Below are positions 1-7,711 of a DNA stretch of 40,752 nt, piece by piece (the stretch's first letter is position 1; each line of letters begins with the position of its first letter). The notes under the pieces were generated by a model that ran no database searches, was not told the DNA's origin, and was given only the letters and a program-made list of their open reading frames with translations. Source of the stretch: an uncultured Candidatus Saccharibacteria bacterium. Lineage in GTDB: Bacteria > Patescibacteriota > Minisyncoccia > UBA6257 > WO2-44-18. The translations under genes and the position numbers were made by a program. The stretch is taken from contig CAYHZT010000001.1 in NCBI GenBank assembly GCA_964361325.1, positions 1 through 40,752 of the forward strand. The letters run 5' to 3'.

Positions 1-1363
1 GGCTCAGCCGGTCCAAATGGCCGGTATGAAAGGATTAGTGGTCAACCCGAAAGGCGAAACTATCGAATTGCCGATTCGCTCTTCGTACAAAGAGGGGTTG
101 GGCGTATTGGAATATTTCATCTCCACTCACGGCGCCCGTAAAGGTTCTACCGACACCGCCTTAAAGACTGCGTCGGCCGGTTATTTGACCCGTCGTTTAG
201 TGGATGTTTCTCAAGATTTAGTAATTAAAGAAGAAGATTGCGGCACTAAAGAAGGCATTACCATAAATCGCGATGACGGAATGCAATTCGGCAATACGAT
301 GAGCGCCCGGCTTTTCTCGCGCACCACTTTGGAAGATATAAAAGTAGATGGCAAAACCATCGTAAAAGCCGGAGAAACTATAGATAGAGAAAAGTCGGAA
401 ATTATCGGACAATCCAAAATTGAAAGCATTAAGATACGTTCGCCGATTTCCTGCAAAACTCTTTATGGAGTTTGTTCCACTTGTTATGGCTTTGATCTGG
501 GTAATAATAAGTCGATTAAAATCGGGGAAGCTGTCGGTATAGTGGCGGCTCAATCCATCGGAGAACCTGGCACTCAGCTGACTATGAGAACTTTCCATAT
601 TGGAGGCGTTGCCGGTTCCGATATTACTCACGGGTTGCCTCGTATCGAAGAAATTTTTGAAGCGCGGCCTCCAAAGGGGCGAGCGTTCTTGGCCGAAGAA
701 GACGGTAGGGTTGAGGAAATTGAAGATCACGGCCTTTCTAAAATTATAAAAGTAAAAACTAAAAAAGAGGTTAAGGAATACGCAGTTTCGCGCATAGTGG
801 ATATTTTCGTGAAACCGGGTGATGACATTAAGAAAGGCGACCAGCTTTGCGAGGGTAATCTGGACATCAAAGAGCTTTTTGCGCTTAGGGGTGCCGAAGC
901 GGCCCAGAATTATATAATCAACGAGGTTCAGAAAATCTATTCCTCTGAGGGCGCGGCCATCAATAACAAGCACGTTGAAGTGATTGTCAGACAAATGTTC
1001 GCTCGTGTAAAAATAAAAGAATCCGGCAACAGTGAATTTGTGGTCGGCGATGTTCTGGAAAAATCCCGCTTTTTGGAAGTAAACCGCGAACTTAAAAAAG
1101 CCGGTAAAACACCGGCTAAAGCTCAGCAGCTGCTAATGGGTATTACCAAGGTTGCGTTGTCTACCGAAAGCTTCCTCTCAGCCGCTTCTTTCCAGGAAAC
1201 CGCCAGGGTGCTGATTGGCGCCGCTCTTGAAGGAAAAGTTGATCGTCTGCGTGGACTTAAAGAAAACGTGATTATCGGCCGCTTGATTCCGGTAGGAACC
1301 GGTTTACAAGCCGCCCAAGATCGGGCAAGCGGGGTTGTGGAGGATGATGGAAATACGGTATAA
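1..1363 (+). CDS. rpoC: DNA-directed RNA polymerase subunit beta' (C-terminal part; 5' end lies upstream of the window)
   Basis: The frame is open from nt 2. The translation carries conserved beta' blocks ([74 protein letters not shown]). Stop TAA at 1361-1363. Confidence 0.92.
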   Translation, partial: AQPVQMAGMKGLVVNPKGETIELPIRSSYKEGLGVLEYFISTHGARKGSTDTALKTASAGYLTRRLVDVSQDLVIKEEDCGTKEGITINRDDGMQFGNTMSARLFSRTTLEDIKVDGKTIVKAGETIDREKSEIIGQSKIESIKIRSPISCKTLYGVCSTCYGFDLGNNKSIKIGEAVGIVAAQSIGEPGTQLTMRTFHIGGVAGSDITHGLPRIEEIFEARPPKGRAFLAEEDGRVEEIEDHGLSKIIKVKTKKEVKEYAVSRIVDIFVKPGDDIKKGDQLCEGNLDIKELFALRGAEAAQNYIINEVQKIYSSEGAAINNKHVEVIVRQMFARVKIKESGNSEFVVGDVLEKSRFLEVNRELKKAGKTPAKAQQLLMGITKVALSTESFLSAASFQETARVLIGAALEGKVDRLRGLKENVIIGRLIPVGTGLQAAQDRASGVVEDDGNTV

Positions 1364-1380
1364 AATGTCCCGCTATCGCA

Positions 1381-1409
1381 TTGACAGTCTTTTTTTAACC
1401 TGCTAACAT
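1381..1409 (+). promoter_or_regulatory. Sigma70-type promoter candidate for rpsF-ssb-rpsR (TTGACA-17 nt-TAACAT)
   Basis: TTGACA at 1381-1386, a 17-nt spacer, TAACAT at 1404-1409. The rpsF ATG lies 7 nt after the -10 element, which implies a leaderless or near-leaderless mRNA. Confidence 0.5.
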
Positions 1410-1416
1410 TTTTGGA

Positions 1417-1800
1417 ATGTCAGACGAATCTCAAAAGGAATACGAAATCGCTTTTCTACTTTCTTCGTTAGAAGCGGAAAGGGATTTTGAGGGCGCTTTA
1501 AGGCAGAATCATGCCGAGTTTACCTATCAAAAATCAGCAGTGGAACAGCGCCTTGCTTATCCGATTAAAAAGCATACTTCGGCCTATTTCGGTTTTTACA
1601 ACTTTAAGACGGATCCGGCGAACATCAAGGCGATGAAAGATACTTTAGCGCTTAACGCGAATGTCTTAAGATACATGATTATTACTCCGCCGGTGAAGAT
1701 TGTCAGTGTTTCAACCCAAGCGCGTCCCGAGAAGAAACCGGCCGCTGCCGCTGTCAGTAATCAAGCTTTGGAAGAAAAATTAGAAGAAATACTAAAATAA
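1417..1800 (+). CDS. rpsF: 30S ribosomal protein S6
   Basis: 127 aa with an S6-like N-terminus (YEIAFLL...). Sits in the classic rpsF-ssb-rpsR arrangement. Confidence 0.85.
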   Translation: MSDESQKEYEIAFLLSSLEAERDFEGALRQNHAEFTYQKSAVEQRLAYPIKKHTSAYFGFYNFKTDPANIKAMKDTLALNANVLRYMIITPPVKIVSVSTQARPEKKPAAAAVSNQALEEKLEEILK

Positions 1801-1821
1801 AAATTTCTAATTTCTAAAACA

Positions 1822-2262
1822 ATGAATCTTAATAAAGTATTCATACTGGGAAGAATGACAGCTGATCCGCAATTGCGGACTACTCCTACCGGCCAGCAAG
1901 TGGCGAATTTTTCCGTTGCCACGAACCGAGTTTGGAATGACAAGAACGGACAAAAACAGGAATCAGCCGAATTTCATAATATAGTTGTTTGGGGCCGTCA
2001 GGCGGAAGTGGCAAGTAAATTTTTAAATAAAGGTGGGCTGGTCTTAATTGAAGGGCGTTTGCAAACTCGTGAATGGGATGACAAACAGGGCCAAAAGAGA
2101 AAAACCACCGAAGTTATCGCGGAACGTTTGCAGCTCGGGCCGCGTCCGGCCGGAAGCCAAAATCGCTCCGCTTCTCCATCCGCATCTGCTCCATCGGCGC
2201 CCGAATCCCTTCCTATAATCAACATCGATGAAGACATAAAAGCCGAAGACTTGCCTTTCTAA
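1822..2262 (+). CDS. ssb: Single-stranded DNA-binding protein
   Basis: OB-fold N-terminus (NKVFILGRMTADPQLRTTPTGQQVANFSVATNR ... FHNIVVWGRQAE ... GRLQTREW), a Pro/Ser-rich linker and an acidic C-terminal tip DEDIKAEDLPF. Confidence 0.9.
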   Translation: MNLNKVFILGRMTADPQLRTTPTGQQVANFSVATNRVWNDKNGQKQESAEFHNIVVWGRQAEVASKFLNKGGLVLIEGRLQTREWDDKQGQKRKTTEVIAERLQLGPRPAGSQNRSASPSASAPSAPESLPIINIDEDIKAEDLPF

Positions 2263-2266
2263 AGAT

Positions 2267-2470
2267 ATGTATAACCAGTGCATTTTTTGTTCGCAAAATA
2301 TAGAAAATATAGATTATAAAGATCCGGTCTTTTTGCGACGATTTGTTTCCGGCCAGGCGAAAATTATCGACCCGCGTTATACTGGTAGTTGCGCGCGGCA
2401 TCAGAGAAAACTTGCTCAGGCAATCAAGCGCGCCCGCATTTTGGGTCTTTTGCCATTTGTTCGCAGATAG
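2267..2470 (+). CDS. rpsR: 30S ribosomal protein S18
   Basis: 67 aa with the motif IDYKD...LRRFVS...KI..PRYTG.CARHQRKLAQAIKRAR.LGLLPF. Starts 4 nt after ssb. Confidence 0.85.
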   Translation: MYNQCIFCSQNIENIDYKDPVFLRRFVSGQAKIIDPRYTGSCARHQRKLAQAIKRARILGLLPFVRR

Positions 2471-2497
2471 ATATAGTTCGGTGTAATTCACTATAAA

Positions 2498-3019
2498 ATG
2501 GACCTTTCGGTTTTCAACGCGATTCACGGTATTGCCGGACAGTTAGGTATTTTAGACGCGCTAATTATTTTTTGCGCCAAGTATCTCGGATATTTTTTAA
2601 TACTTGGGGCGGCTATTTTTATTTATCGGGAAAAAGATTGGCATAAACGTTTTTATTACTTTGCTTTAACAGCTTTAACAATAATTGTTTCGCGAGGAAT
2701 TCTTACCGAAACAATTCGCTTTTTATACTTTCGCGCGCGGCCTTTTGCCGCGATGGGTTTTCAACCATTAGTGAATCACAGTGCCGCAGCCGCTTCTTTT
2801 CCTTCGGGTCACGCCGCTTTTTATTTCGCTCTGGCGTTAGTTATGATCTCTATTGATAAAAAGAGAGGATGGTTTTATTTAGCCGGGGCGGCATTGATAG
2901 GTCTGGCGCGGGTAGCGGCCGGAGTGCATTGGCCTTCTGATATTTTGGCCGGGGCGATAACTGGACTCGTTAGTTTTTTTGTGGTAGAATGGGCCTTAGT
3001 TCCTAGACAACGAAAATAG
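2498..3019 (+). CDS. PAP2-family membrane phosphatase (undecaprenyl-diphosphatase-like)
   Basis: Multi-TM protein with the three PAP2 motifs: FRARPF, FPSGHAA and ARVAAGVHWPSDILAG. Confidence 0.75.
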   Translation: MDLSVFNAIHGIAGQLGILDALIIFCAKYLGYFLILGAAIFIYREKDWHKRFYYFALTALTIIVSRGILTETIRFLYFRARPFAAMGFQPLVNHSAAAASFPSGHAAFYFALALVMISIDKKRGWFYLAGAALIGLARVAAGVHWPSDILAGAITGLVSFFVVEWALVPRQRK

Positions 3020-3038
3020 CCGATAACGGAGGTAGCCG

Positions 3039-3647
3039 ATGCGCAAAATCTGGTCAATTTTCAAGACCGGACTTTTGGCTCTTATTCCGATTTTGGTTCT
3101 GATCATTTTGTTGAGTTGGATTTGGATTGGCATCCAATCCGTCAGTTTCAACTTCGTCAGTATTTCGTCGCTGAACTGGCTGATCAATATAGCTATGGTG
3201 CTTGCCGCGGTGTTCGCGATCGGTTGGCTGATTAGTCGCCATTGGTTACGAACAATTGTTTTGAAGGTTTGTTCCCATATTCCGATTCTTTCCATCATCA
3301 CTAATTTCCTTTTTAATCACGAATATATTGAACGAGTTGCCAAGGGCGACCTTCCGGAAGTTATTTTCCAGCATACGGAGAAAAGCTGGACCTTCGGAAC
3401 GGTAACCAACGAAATTCAGCTACCTGATCTTGACGTGTCTATCGACGCGCCTTTGGAAGATTGGATAGTGATCCTTGCTCCTCCGACAGCGCCGCTTTCG
3501 GTGACCGCTCACGTCCATTTGCGGAAAAAATCAACCGTTATTTATACCGGCCGTCTGATCAGAGATACCGCGTTGAGCGTCGCCTCTTTCGGCCTTAATT
3601 TTCAGCTCGACCCCAAGAAATTTTCTCGTACAAAGCCACAGTCCTAA
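3039..3647 (+). CDS. Membrane protein, DUF502-like
   Basis: Two N-terminal TM helices, then a soluble domain with ILAPPTAPLSVTAHVHL...IRDTALSVASFG. This resembles the DUF502 PTtPnPtSG...S.G signature as I remember it. Confidence 0.5.
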   Translation: MRKIWSIFKTGLLALIPILVLIILLSWIWIGIQSVSFNFVSISSLNWLINIAMVLAAVFAIGWLISRHWLRTIVLKVCSHIPILSIITNFLFNHEYIERVAKGDLPEVIFQHTEKSWTFGTVTNEIQLPDLDVSIDAPLEDWIVILAPPTAPLSVTAHVHLRKKSTVIYTGRLIRDTALSVASFGLNFQLDPKKFSRTKPQS

Positions 3648-3661
3648 AACTGTGGTTTTTT
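3636..3661 (+). terminator. Intrinsic terminator after the DUF502-like gene
   Basis: CCACAG / CTGTGG stem with an 8-nt loop that contains the stop codon, followed by T6. Confidence 0.7.
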
Positions 3662-3667
3662 ATCAAT

Positions 3668-3696
3668 TTGACTGTTTAGCCAAAGCGGTCTAGAAT
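3668..3696 (+). promoter_or_regulatory. Promoter candidate for rpmB (TTGACT-17 nt-TAGAAT)
   Basis: TTGACT at 3668-3673, a 17-nt spacer, TAGAAT at 3691-3696. The ATG at 3707 is 10 nt after the -10 element. Confidence 0.45.
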
Positions 3697-3706
3697 AATT
3701 GGCAAT

Positions 3707-3895
3707 ATGAGACAGTGCGCGATTTGTAGCAAGGGTTCCATAATGGTAGGCGCAAGAAAGCTTTTACGCGGCCATTATAATCCGACCAATTGGAGCCGTA
3801 AGTATCCCAATCTGCAGAAAGCAAAACTTCCTTCCGGGAAGTCCGGTTTGGTTTGCACGAAGTGTATCAAAACCTTGGCAAAGGCCAAAGTTTAA
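3707..3895 (+). CDS. rpmB: 50S ribosomal protein L28
   Basis: 62 aa, C.IC.KG...G....RGHYNPTN.... This is the L28 pattern seen in small-genome bacteria. Confidence 0.75.
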   Translation: MRQCAICSKGSIMVGARKLLRGHYNPTNWSRKYPNLQKAKLPSGKSGLVCTKCIKTLAKAKV

Positions 3896-4020
3896 ATTCT
3901 AAATTACAAGCACCAAATACCAAACAAGTTCCAAGTACTAAATTCCAAATTACAAACGTTTAGAATTTCGATAATTTGAGTTTAGAATTTATTTGAGATT
4001 TGAAATTTGTTATTTGGGAT
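3893..4020. repeat. AT-rich array of direct and inverted short repeats between rpmB and tRNA-Pro
   Basis: TAAATTCTAAATTACAA (3893-3909) and TAAATTCCAAATTACAA (3939-3955) match at 16/17. GTTTAGAATTT occurs twice (3958-3968, 3980-3990), and its TTTAGAATTT core is the reverse complement of AAATTCTAAA at 3894-3903. ATTTGAG occurs twice. Confidence 0.55.
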
Positions 4021-4030
4021 TTTCAATGAA

Positions 4031-4101
4031 CGGGGTGTAGTATACCGGCAGTACGCATGCATGGGGTGCATGTAGACCGGGTTCAATTCCCGGCACCCCG
4101 A
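4031..4101 (+). tRNA. tRNA-Pro (anticodon GGG), no encoded CCA
   Basis: Acceptor stem CGGGGTG/CACCCCG (7 bp). D stem GTAT/GTAC. Anticodon stem CATGC/GCATG with loop A-T-GGG-G-T. 4-nt variable region. T stem CCGGG/CCCGG with loop TTCAATT. Discriminator A at 4101. Confidence 0.85.
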
Positions 4102-4102
4102 C

Positions 4103-4513
4103 ATGAAGAATACGACAATCGCTATTATCATAGGAATAATTCTCGGCGCGGGTATTTTTATTTTGTGGCGCAATTCTAATTTACCGCCGGTTGAAAACCG
4201 CGAAACCGGCGCGAATGATATTCCCAGCGAAGAATCCGGCTTGAAGACGGGGGAGTATTTTGACCTTCGCGGCCGCAAAGAAGTTCTTGTCTCTATGCAA
4301 AATTCGACATTCAATCCGCGGATAATCATAGTAGATAAAGGAACGAATATATTTTGGAAAAATGAGGATAGTATTCTGCATTCGGTCAGTTTTAATAATA
4401 AAATTCTCAACGAAAACGAATCCTTTTCGTTAGTGTTTGATGTTCCGGGTTTTTATCCTTATCATTGCGACAATCATCCAGAAACTATGAAAGGGCTTAT
4501 AATTGTTAAATGA
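4103..4513 (+). CDS. Membrane-anchored cupredoxin (plastocyanin/azurin-like type-1 copper protein)
   Basis: N-terminal TM anchor and a beta-rich domain. Copper ligand pattern H (LHSVSF) ... YHCDNHPETM (C-x2-H-x4-M). Confidence 0.75.
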   Translation: MKNTTIAIIIGIILGAGIFILWRNSNLPPVENRETGANDIPSEESGLKTGEYFDLRGRKEVLVSMQNSTFNPRIIIVDKGTNIFWKNEDSILHSVSFNNKILNENESFSLVFDVPGFYPYHCDNHPETMKGLIIVK

Positions 4514-4514
4514 T

Positions 4515-4618
4515 CCCGTTAGAAGTGGCACCATCTTCATATTACTTCTAACGGCCGAGTATACTACATATGTTAACTAGCTACACTAAAACGTCGATGA
4601 TAGACCACTTCTAACGGG
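4515..4618. repeat. 104-bp palindromic element with perfect 14-bp terminal inverted repeats and a third internal arm
   Basis: CCCGTTAGAAGTGG (4515-4528) and CCACTTCTAACGGG (4605-4618) are exact reverse complements. ACTTCTAACGG at 4544-4554 is a second partner for the left arm. Confidence 0.6.
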
Positions 4619-4954
4619 ATGAAACTAGATATTAAAAACTTTAATGAAAACCTTGCCGACAAAATGCGGTCCGCCGGTTATCATTACGACGGCCAAGATC
4701 CCAAAAGCGGGGAAATGCGTTTTTATCGATCCCTAAGCTCCGGGCTTTATCCGCGTTTCCATATTTACTGCCTCATGAACAAAGCCAGTAAAACGCTTGC
4801 CGTTAATCTTCATTTGGATCAAAAAGCTCCTGTTTACGAAGGCGCCGCCGCCCATAGCGGGGAGTACGACGGGGAAGTAGTTTCAAAAGAAGCCGAAAGA
4901 CTCAAGGCGGCATTATTACCAAGACAACCCATCGCCTTGTCAGAAGACTATTAA
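4619..4954 (+). CDS. Hypothetical protein (111 aa)
   Basis: Clean ORF with protein-like composition (YPRFHIY...LHLDQKAPVYEG..AHSGEYDGE). I do not recognise a family. Confidence 0.55.
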   Translation: MKLDIKNFNENLADKMRSAGYHYDGQDPKSGEMRFYRSLSSGLYPRFHIYCLMNKASKTLAVNLHLDQKAPVYEGAAAHSGEYDGEVVSKEAERLKAALLPRQPIALSEDY

Positions 4955-5027
4955 ACCAAAATTGATAAGCCCCCGCTCTTTTTACCTTCCTCAATACAGG
5001 AGACTTTCTTAGGGGTGGTATATCTTC

Positions 5028-5056
5028 TTGACAATGGCATTATTGTGTGGTATAAT
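5028..5056 (+). promoter_or_regulatory. Consensus sigma70 promoter (TTGACA-17 nt-TGgTATAAT)
   Basis: TTGACA at 5028-5033, a 17-nt spacer, an extended -10 TGG then TATAAT at 5051-5056. Confidence 0.65.
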
Positions 5057-5110
5057 TAAGAACGGTACAAAGTTAGTTTTTGGGAATCGGACAATCAAAG
5101 GAGACAGGCT

Positions 5111-5272
5111 ATGCGTAAGGAAGAAGAGTATGAAGTTCGGCGGATCAAGGGCATCCGGATCGTGACCCCGCGACAGCTGGAGAGGAAGTTGAATTTTGAA
5201 AGGCTGTCGGAACAGAAGGCCCGCAATATCTCCAAGGAGCTCGACAAGGTGCTTGTCGACTTCGCCCTCTAA
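5111..5272 (+). CDS. Small ORF, 53 aa (MRKEEEYEVRRIKGIRIVTPRQLERKLNFERLSEQKARNISKELDKVLVDFAL)
   Basis: Below the ORF-track length cutoff. AAGGAG at 5098-5103 lies 7 nt before the ATG. A consensus promoter sits upstream and a strong terminator downstream. Confidence 0.45.
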   Translation: MRKEEEYEVRRIKGIRIVTPRQLERKLNFERLSEQKARNISKELDKVLVDFAL

Positions 5273-5295
5273 GGTATTCGCTACCTTAGGACCAC

Positions 5296-5335
5296 GGCCC
5301 GGCATTACCCATAAGGGTGACGCCGGGCCTTTTTT
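5296..5335 (+). terminator. Intrinsic terminator
   Basis: GGCCCGGC (5296-5303) / GCCGGGCC (5322-5329) stem followed by T6. Confidence 0.75.
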
Positions 5336-5351
5336 ATAAACAATAATGGGC

Positions 5352-5381
5352 TTGACATATTGAACGTTTGTATGTTATACT
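5352..5381 (+). promoter_or_regulatory. Near-consensus sigma70 promoter (TTGACA ... TGtTATACT)
   Basis: TTGACA at 5352-5357. An extended -10 TGT then TATACT at 5376-5381, with an 18-nt spacer. Confidence 0.6.
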
Positions 5382-5435
5382 GGCATCAGTGTCTTTAACA
5401 AGGTTTTTTATTCAACAACATTAGAGGAGGGGCTT

Positions 5436-5645
5436 ATGTTCAATGATTCCAATTACGACCAGTTCGACGCGGATCACGAGGAGCAGGAAGCCAAGGAGCG
5501 CAAAAGCGAAATCAGCAGCAGGGCGAATCGGGCGGCGATGATGCGTCGTCGCCGCGGATTGACCCCTCAAATCATCTATGTCGGAATCGGAAGCAGTCTC
5601 GAGCGGATGGGACGCGTCCGTCTCACGCGCCGCTTCCGCAGCTAA
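5436..5645 (+). CDS. Small ORF, 69 aa, with an acidic N-half and an Arg-rich C-half
   Basis: AGGAGG at 5425-5430 lies 5 nt before the ATG. I do not recognise a family. Confidence 0.45.
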   Translation: MFNDSNYDQFDADHEEQEAKERKSEISSRANRAAMMRRRRGLTPQIIYVGIGSSLERMGRVRLTRRFRS

Positions 5646-5807
5646 CCACGGATATTGTCCAGCGGCTGGCGAGCGGGACGGTGTTCTTCAGATATTCGCC
5701 AGTCGCAGTGTTTTGCGGCCGTGGATCACAGTTTAAACCGGAGGGTGTATGCCTATTGGTGGCTGGGGTTAGTGATGGTTGATTTGTAAGTTGTTGAGTC
5801 GAACGAT

Positions 5808-5851
5808 CCGCCCCCGCCTTTGTCTTAGGACAAGGGTCGGGGGCTTTTTTT
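5808..5851 (+). terminator. Intrinsic terminator
   Basis: Long stem CCGCCCCCGCCTTTGTC / GACAAGGGTCGGGGGC followed by T7. Confidence 0.75.
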
Positions 5852-5925
5852 ATCCCACATATAATTTCGAGCAGCTTCGTTATTCGTATCACTCAAAGTT
5901 ATATATGGGATTTATTGTTTTAAAA

Positions 5926-5954
5926 TTGAGAATTAAAAATTTGTAACGTATACT
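5926..5954 (+). promoter_or_regulatory. Promoter candidate for dnaG-rpoD (TTGAGA-17 nt-TATACT)
   Basis: TTGAGA at 5926-5931 and TATACT at 5949-5954. The dnaG ATG at 5961 is 6 nt after the -10 element. Confidence 0.5.
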
Positions 5955-5960
5955 AGGGGC

Positions 5961-7688
5961 ATGACCGATGTCGTCCAACAGATAAAAGATAAACTGGATT
6001 TGGCGGCATTTTTGGGTTCGTACATCCGGCTTTCTTCGGCCGGCAAAAACTTCAAAGGGCTGTGTCCTTTTCATAAAGAAAAATCCCCGTCTTTCATGGT
6101 TTCGCCCGATCGGCAGATTTGGCATTGTTTTGGTTGCGCCGCCGGCGGGGATTTAATAGGTTTTTTGATGAAATATGAAAATCTGGAATTTATTGAAGCT
6201 CTGAAAATTTTAGGGGAAAAGGCGGGAATAGATATCGGACGCGCGGGCAACCAGGATCATCGGCAAATAAACGATCTGTACCATATAAACGCCGCCGCCA
6301 AGGAATTTTTCAAAAAATCTTTGACACAGGAAGCCTTGGACTATTTATATTCGCGCGGTTTGAAAAAAGAGACCATTGAAGAGTTTGAAGTAGGCTACGC
6401 GCCGGGCGGTTCCGACTCATTGCTTCGTTCTTTACTGAACGCCAAATTTGCTCCCGCCGACATTGAAAAAGCCGGGCTGTCATTTAAAACCGAACGCGGA
6501 ACTTACATTGATCGCTTCCGTAATCGGATAATGTTTCCGCTGCATAATTCTTTCGGGAAACCGATAGGATTTACCGGCAGGATAATGCCGGGATACGAAA
6601 ATGAGAAGACCGGCAAATACGTCAATTCGCCAGAAACGCCGATTTTTAACAAATCAAAACTGCTCTACGGTTTTGATAAGACGAAAAATTCCATCAGGGA
6701 AAGCCGGACCGCGGTTTTGATAGAAGGCCAAATGGATTTTTTGATGTCCTGGCAGGACGGGCTCAAGAATTTAGTGGCCACTTCGGGAACCGCGACGACC
6801 GAAGAGCATTTAAAAATTTTAAAGCGAGTCGCCGACACTTTGATTTTATCGTTTGACCGCGATGATGCCGGCCAAGCCGCCACCGAACGTACCATTGACC
6901 TTGCGGGCGCCGCCGATTTTGCCGTGAAAGTGTTAATAGTACCGGAAGACGTGCAGGCTAAGGATCCGGCCGATATTGTGGTTGCCAATCCGGGACTTTT
7001 TGCCTCGCTAGCCGCGAAAGCGGTGCCGGCGATGGATTATTATTTCGCAAAATACGCCGTCGGGAGAAAAATCAGTATTACTCAATGGAAGCAAAATATC
7101 CGCGCCGTTCTCGGGAAAATCAAAATACTCTACAGTCCGGTTGAAAAGGCGCGGTATATTCAAGAGCTTGCCGGTTTAAGCGGAATTGACGAGCAACATC
7201 TGCAAGAAGAAATGGAGAGTTTAAAAATCGGTTCGTCCAAGTCTGAAACAGGCGACCAACCGGCCGTTGAGGCGCCGTTAATTTCCCGCAAAGAAGTCAT
7301 TAGTCAGAGAATCGCGAGTCTGGTCGTCAGTCATAAAAGTTTGTACGGCGAATGCGCTCCGGCTTTGGCAATTCTAGATCCGAATTATCAAAAGGCCATT
7401 GCTTATCATTGCGATAGTCAATCCGTGTCCTTACCGGAAGAAATCCGTTCTTTGGTTGATATCATCGCGCTGCGCACCGGCCTGGAATTAATTTCCGATC
7501 CGGTTAAAGCCAAGACGGAACTCGGCGAACTAACGCGCCAATTGAAACTAGAAAATTTTAAGGAACGGCGCCAAGAAATGATGGACGTTATTCATCTCGC
7601 GGAAAAAACCAATGATGACGCAAAGCTCGCCGCGGTTTTACCCGAATTTGACAAGTTATCAAAAGAAATACAAACTTTAGAGCGATAA
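5961..7688 (+). CDS. dnaG: DNA primase
   Basis: CHC2 zinc finger ([30 protein letters not shown]), RNA polymerase core and TOPRIM (EGQMDFL ... DRDDAGQAA). Confidence 0.9.
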   Translation: MTDVVQQIKDKLDLAAFLGSYIRLSSAGKNFKGLCPFHKEKSPSFMVSPDRQIWHCFGCAAGGDLIGFLMKYENLEFIEALKILGEKAGIDIGRAGNQDHRQINDLYHINAAAKEFFKKSLTQEALDYLYSRGLKKETIEEFEVGYAPGGSDSLLRSLLNAKFAPADIEKAGLSFKTERGTYIDRFRNRIMFPLHNSFGKPIGFTGRIMPGYENEKTGKYVNSPETPIFNKSKLLYGFDKTKNSIRESRTAVLIEGQMDFLMSWQDGLKNLVATSGTATTEEHLKILKRVADTLILSFDRDDAGQAATERTIDLAGAADFAVKVLIVPEDVQAKDPADIVVANPGLFASLAAKAVPAMDYYFAKYAVGRKISITQWKQNIRAVLGKIKILYSPVEKARYIQELAGLSGIDEQHLQEEMESLKIGSSKSETGDQPAVEAPLISRKEVISQRIASLVVSHKSLYGECAPALAILDPNYQKAIAYHCDSQSVSLPEEIRSLVDIIALRTGLELISDPVKAKTELGELTRQLKLENFKERRQEMMDVIHLAEKTNDDAKLAAVLPEFDKLSKEIQTLER

Positions 7689-7711
7689 CAATACGCCGTC
7701 CAAGAAAGACT

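Noticed and set aside
218-994. 258-aa minus-strand ORF antisense to rpoC. Similar long antisense ORFs occur at 7588-7974, 9607-10008, 13046-13507, 15587-15952, 22154-22699 and 26622-27017.
   Set aside because: Each lies entirely inside a confidently identified plus-strand gene. Their composition is odd and low-complexity, and they have no start signals. They are shadow ORFs.
5749-5772. 7-codon mini-ORF (MPIGGWG) preceded by GGAGGG in the tail of small-ORF cassette B.
   Set aside because: The spacing between the SD-like sequence and the ATG is only 3 nt, and the ORF is too short to evaluate. It may be chance.
5009-5892. Minus-strand ORFs at 5009-5305 (98 aa) and 5623-5892 (89 aa).
   Set aside because: They run antisense through plus-strand promoters, SDs and terminators and have no start signals of their own. 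The plus-strand cassettes explain the region better.
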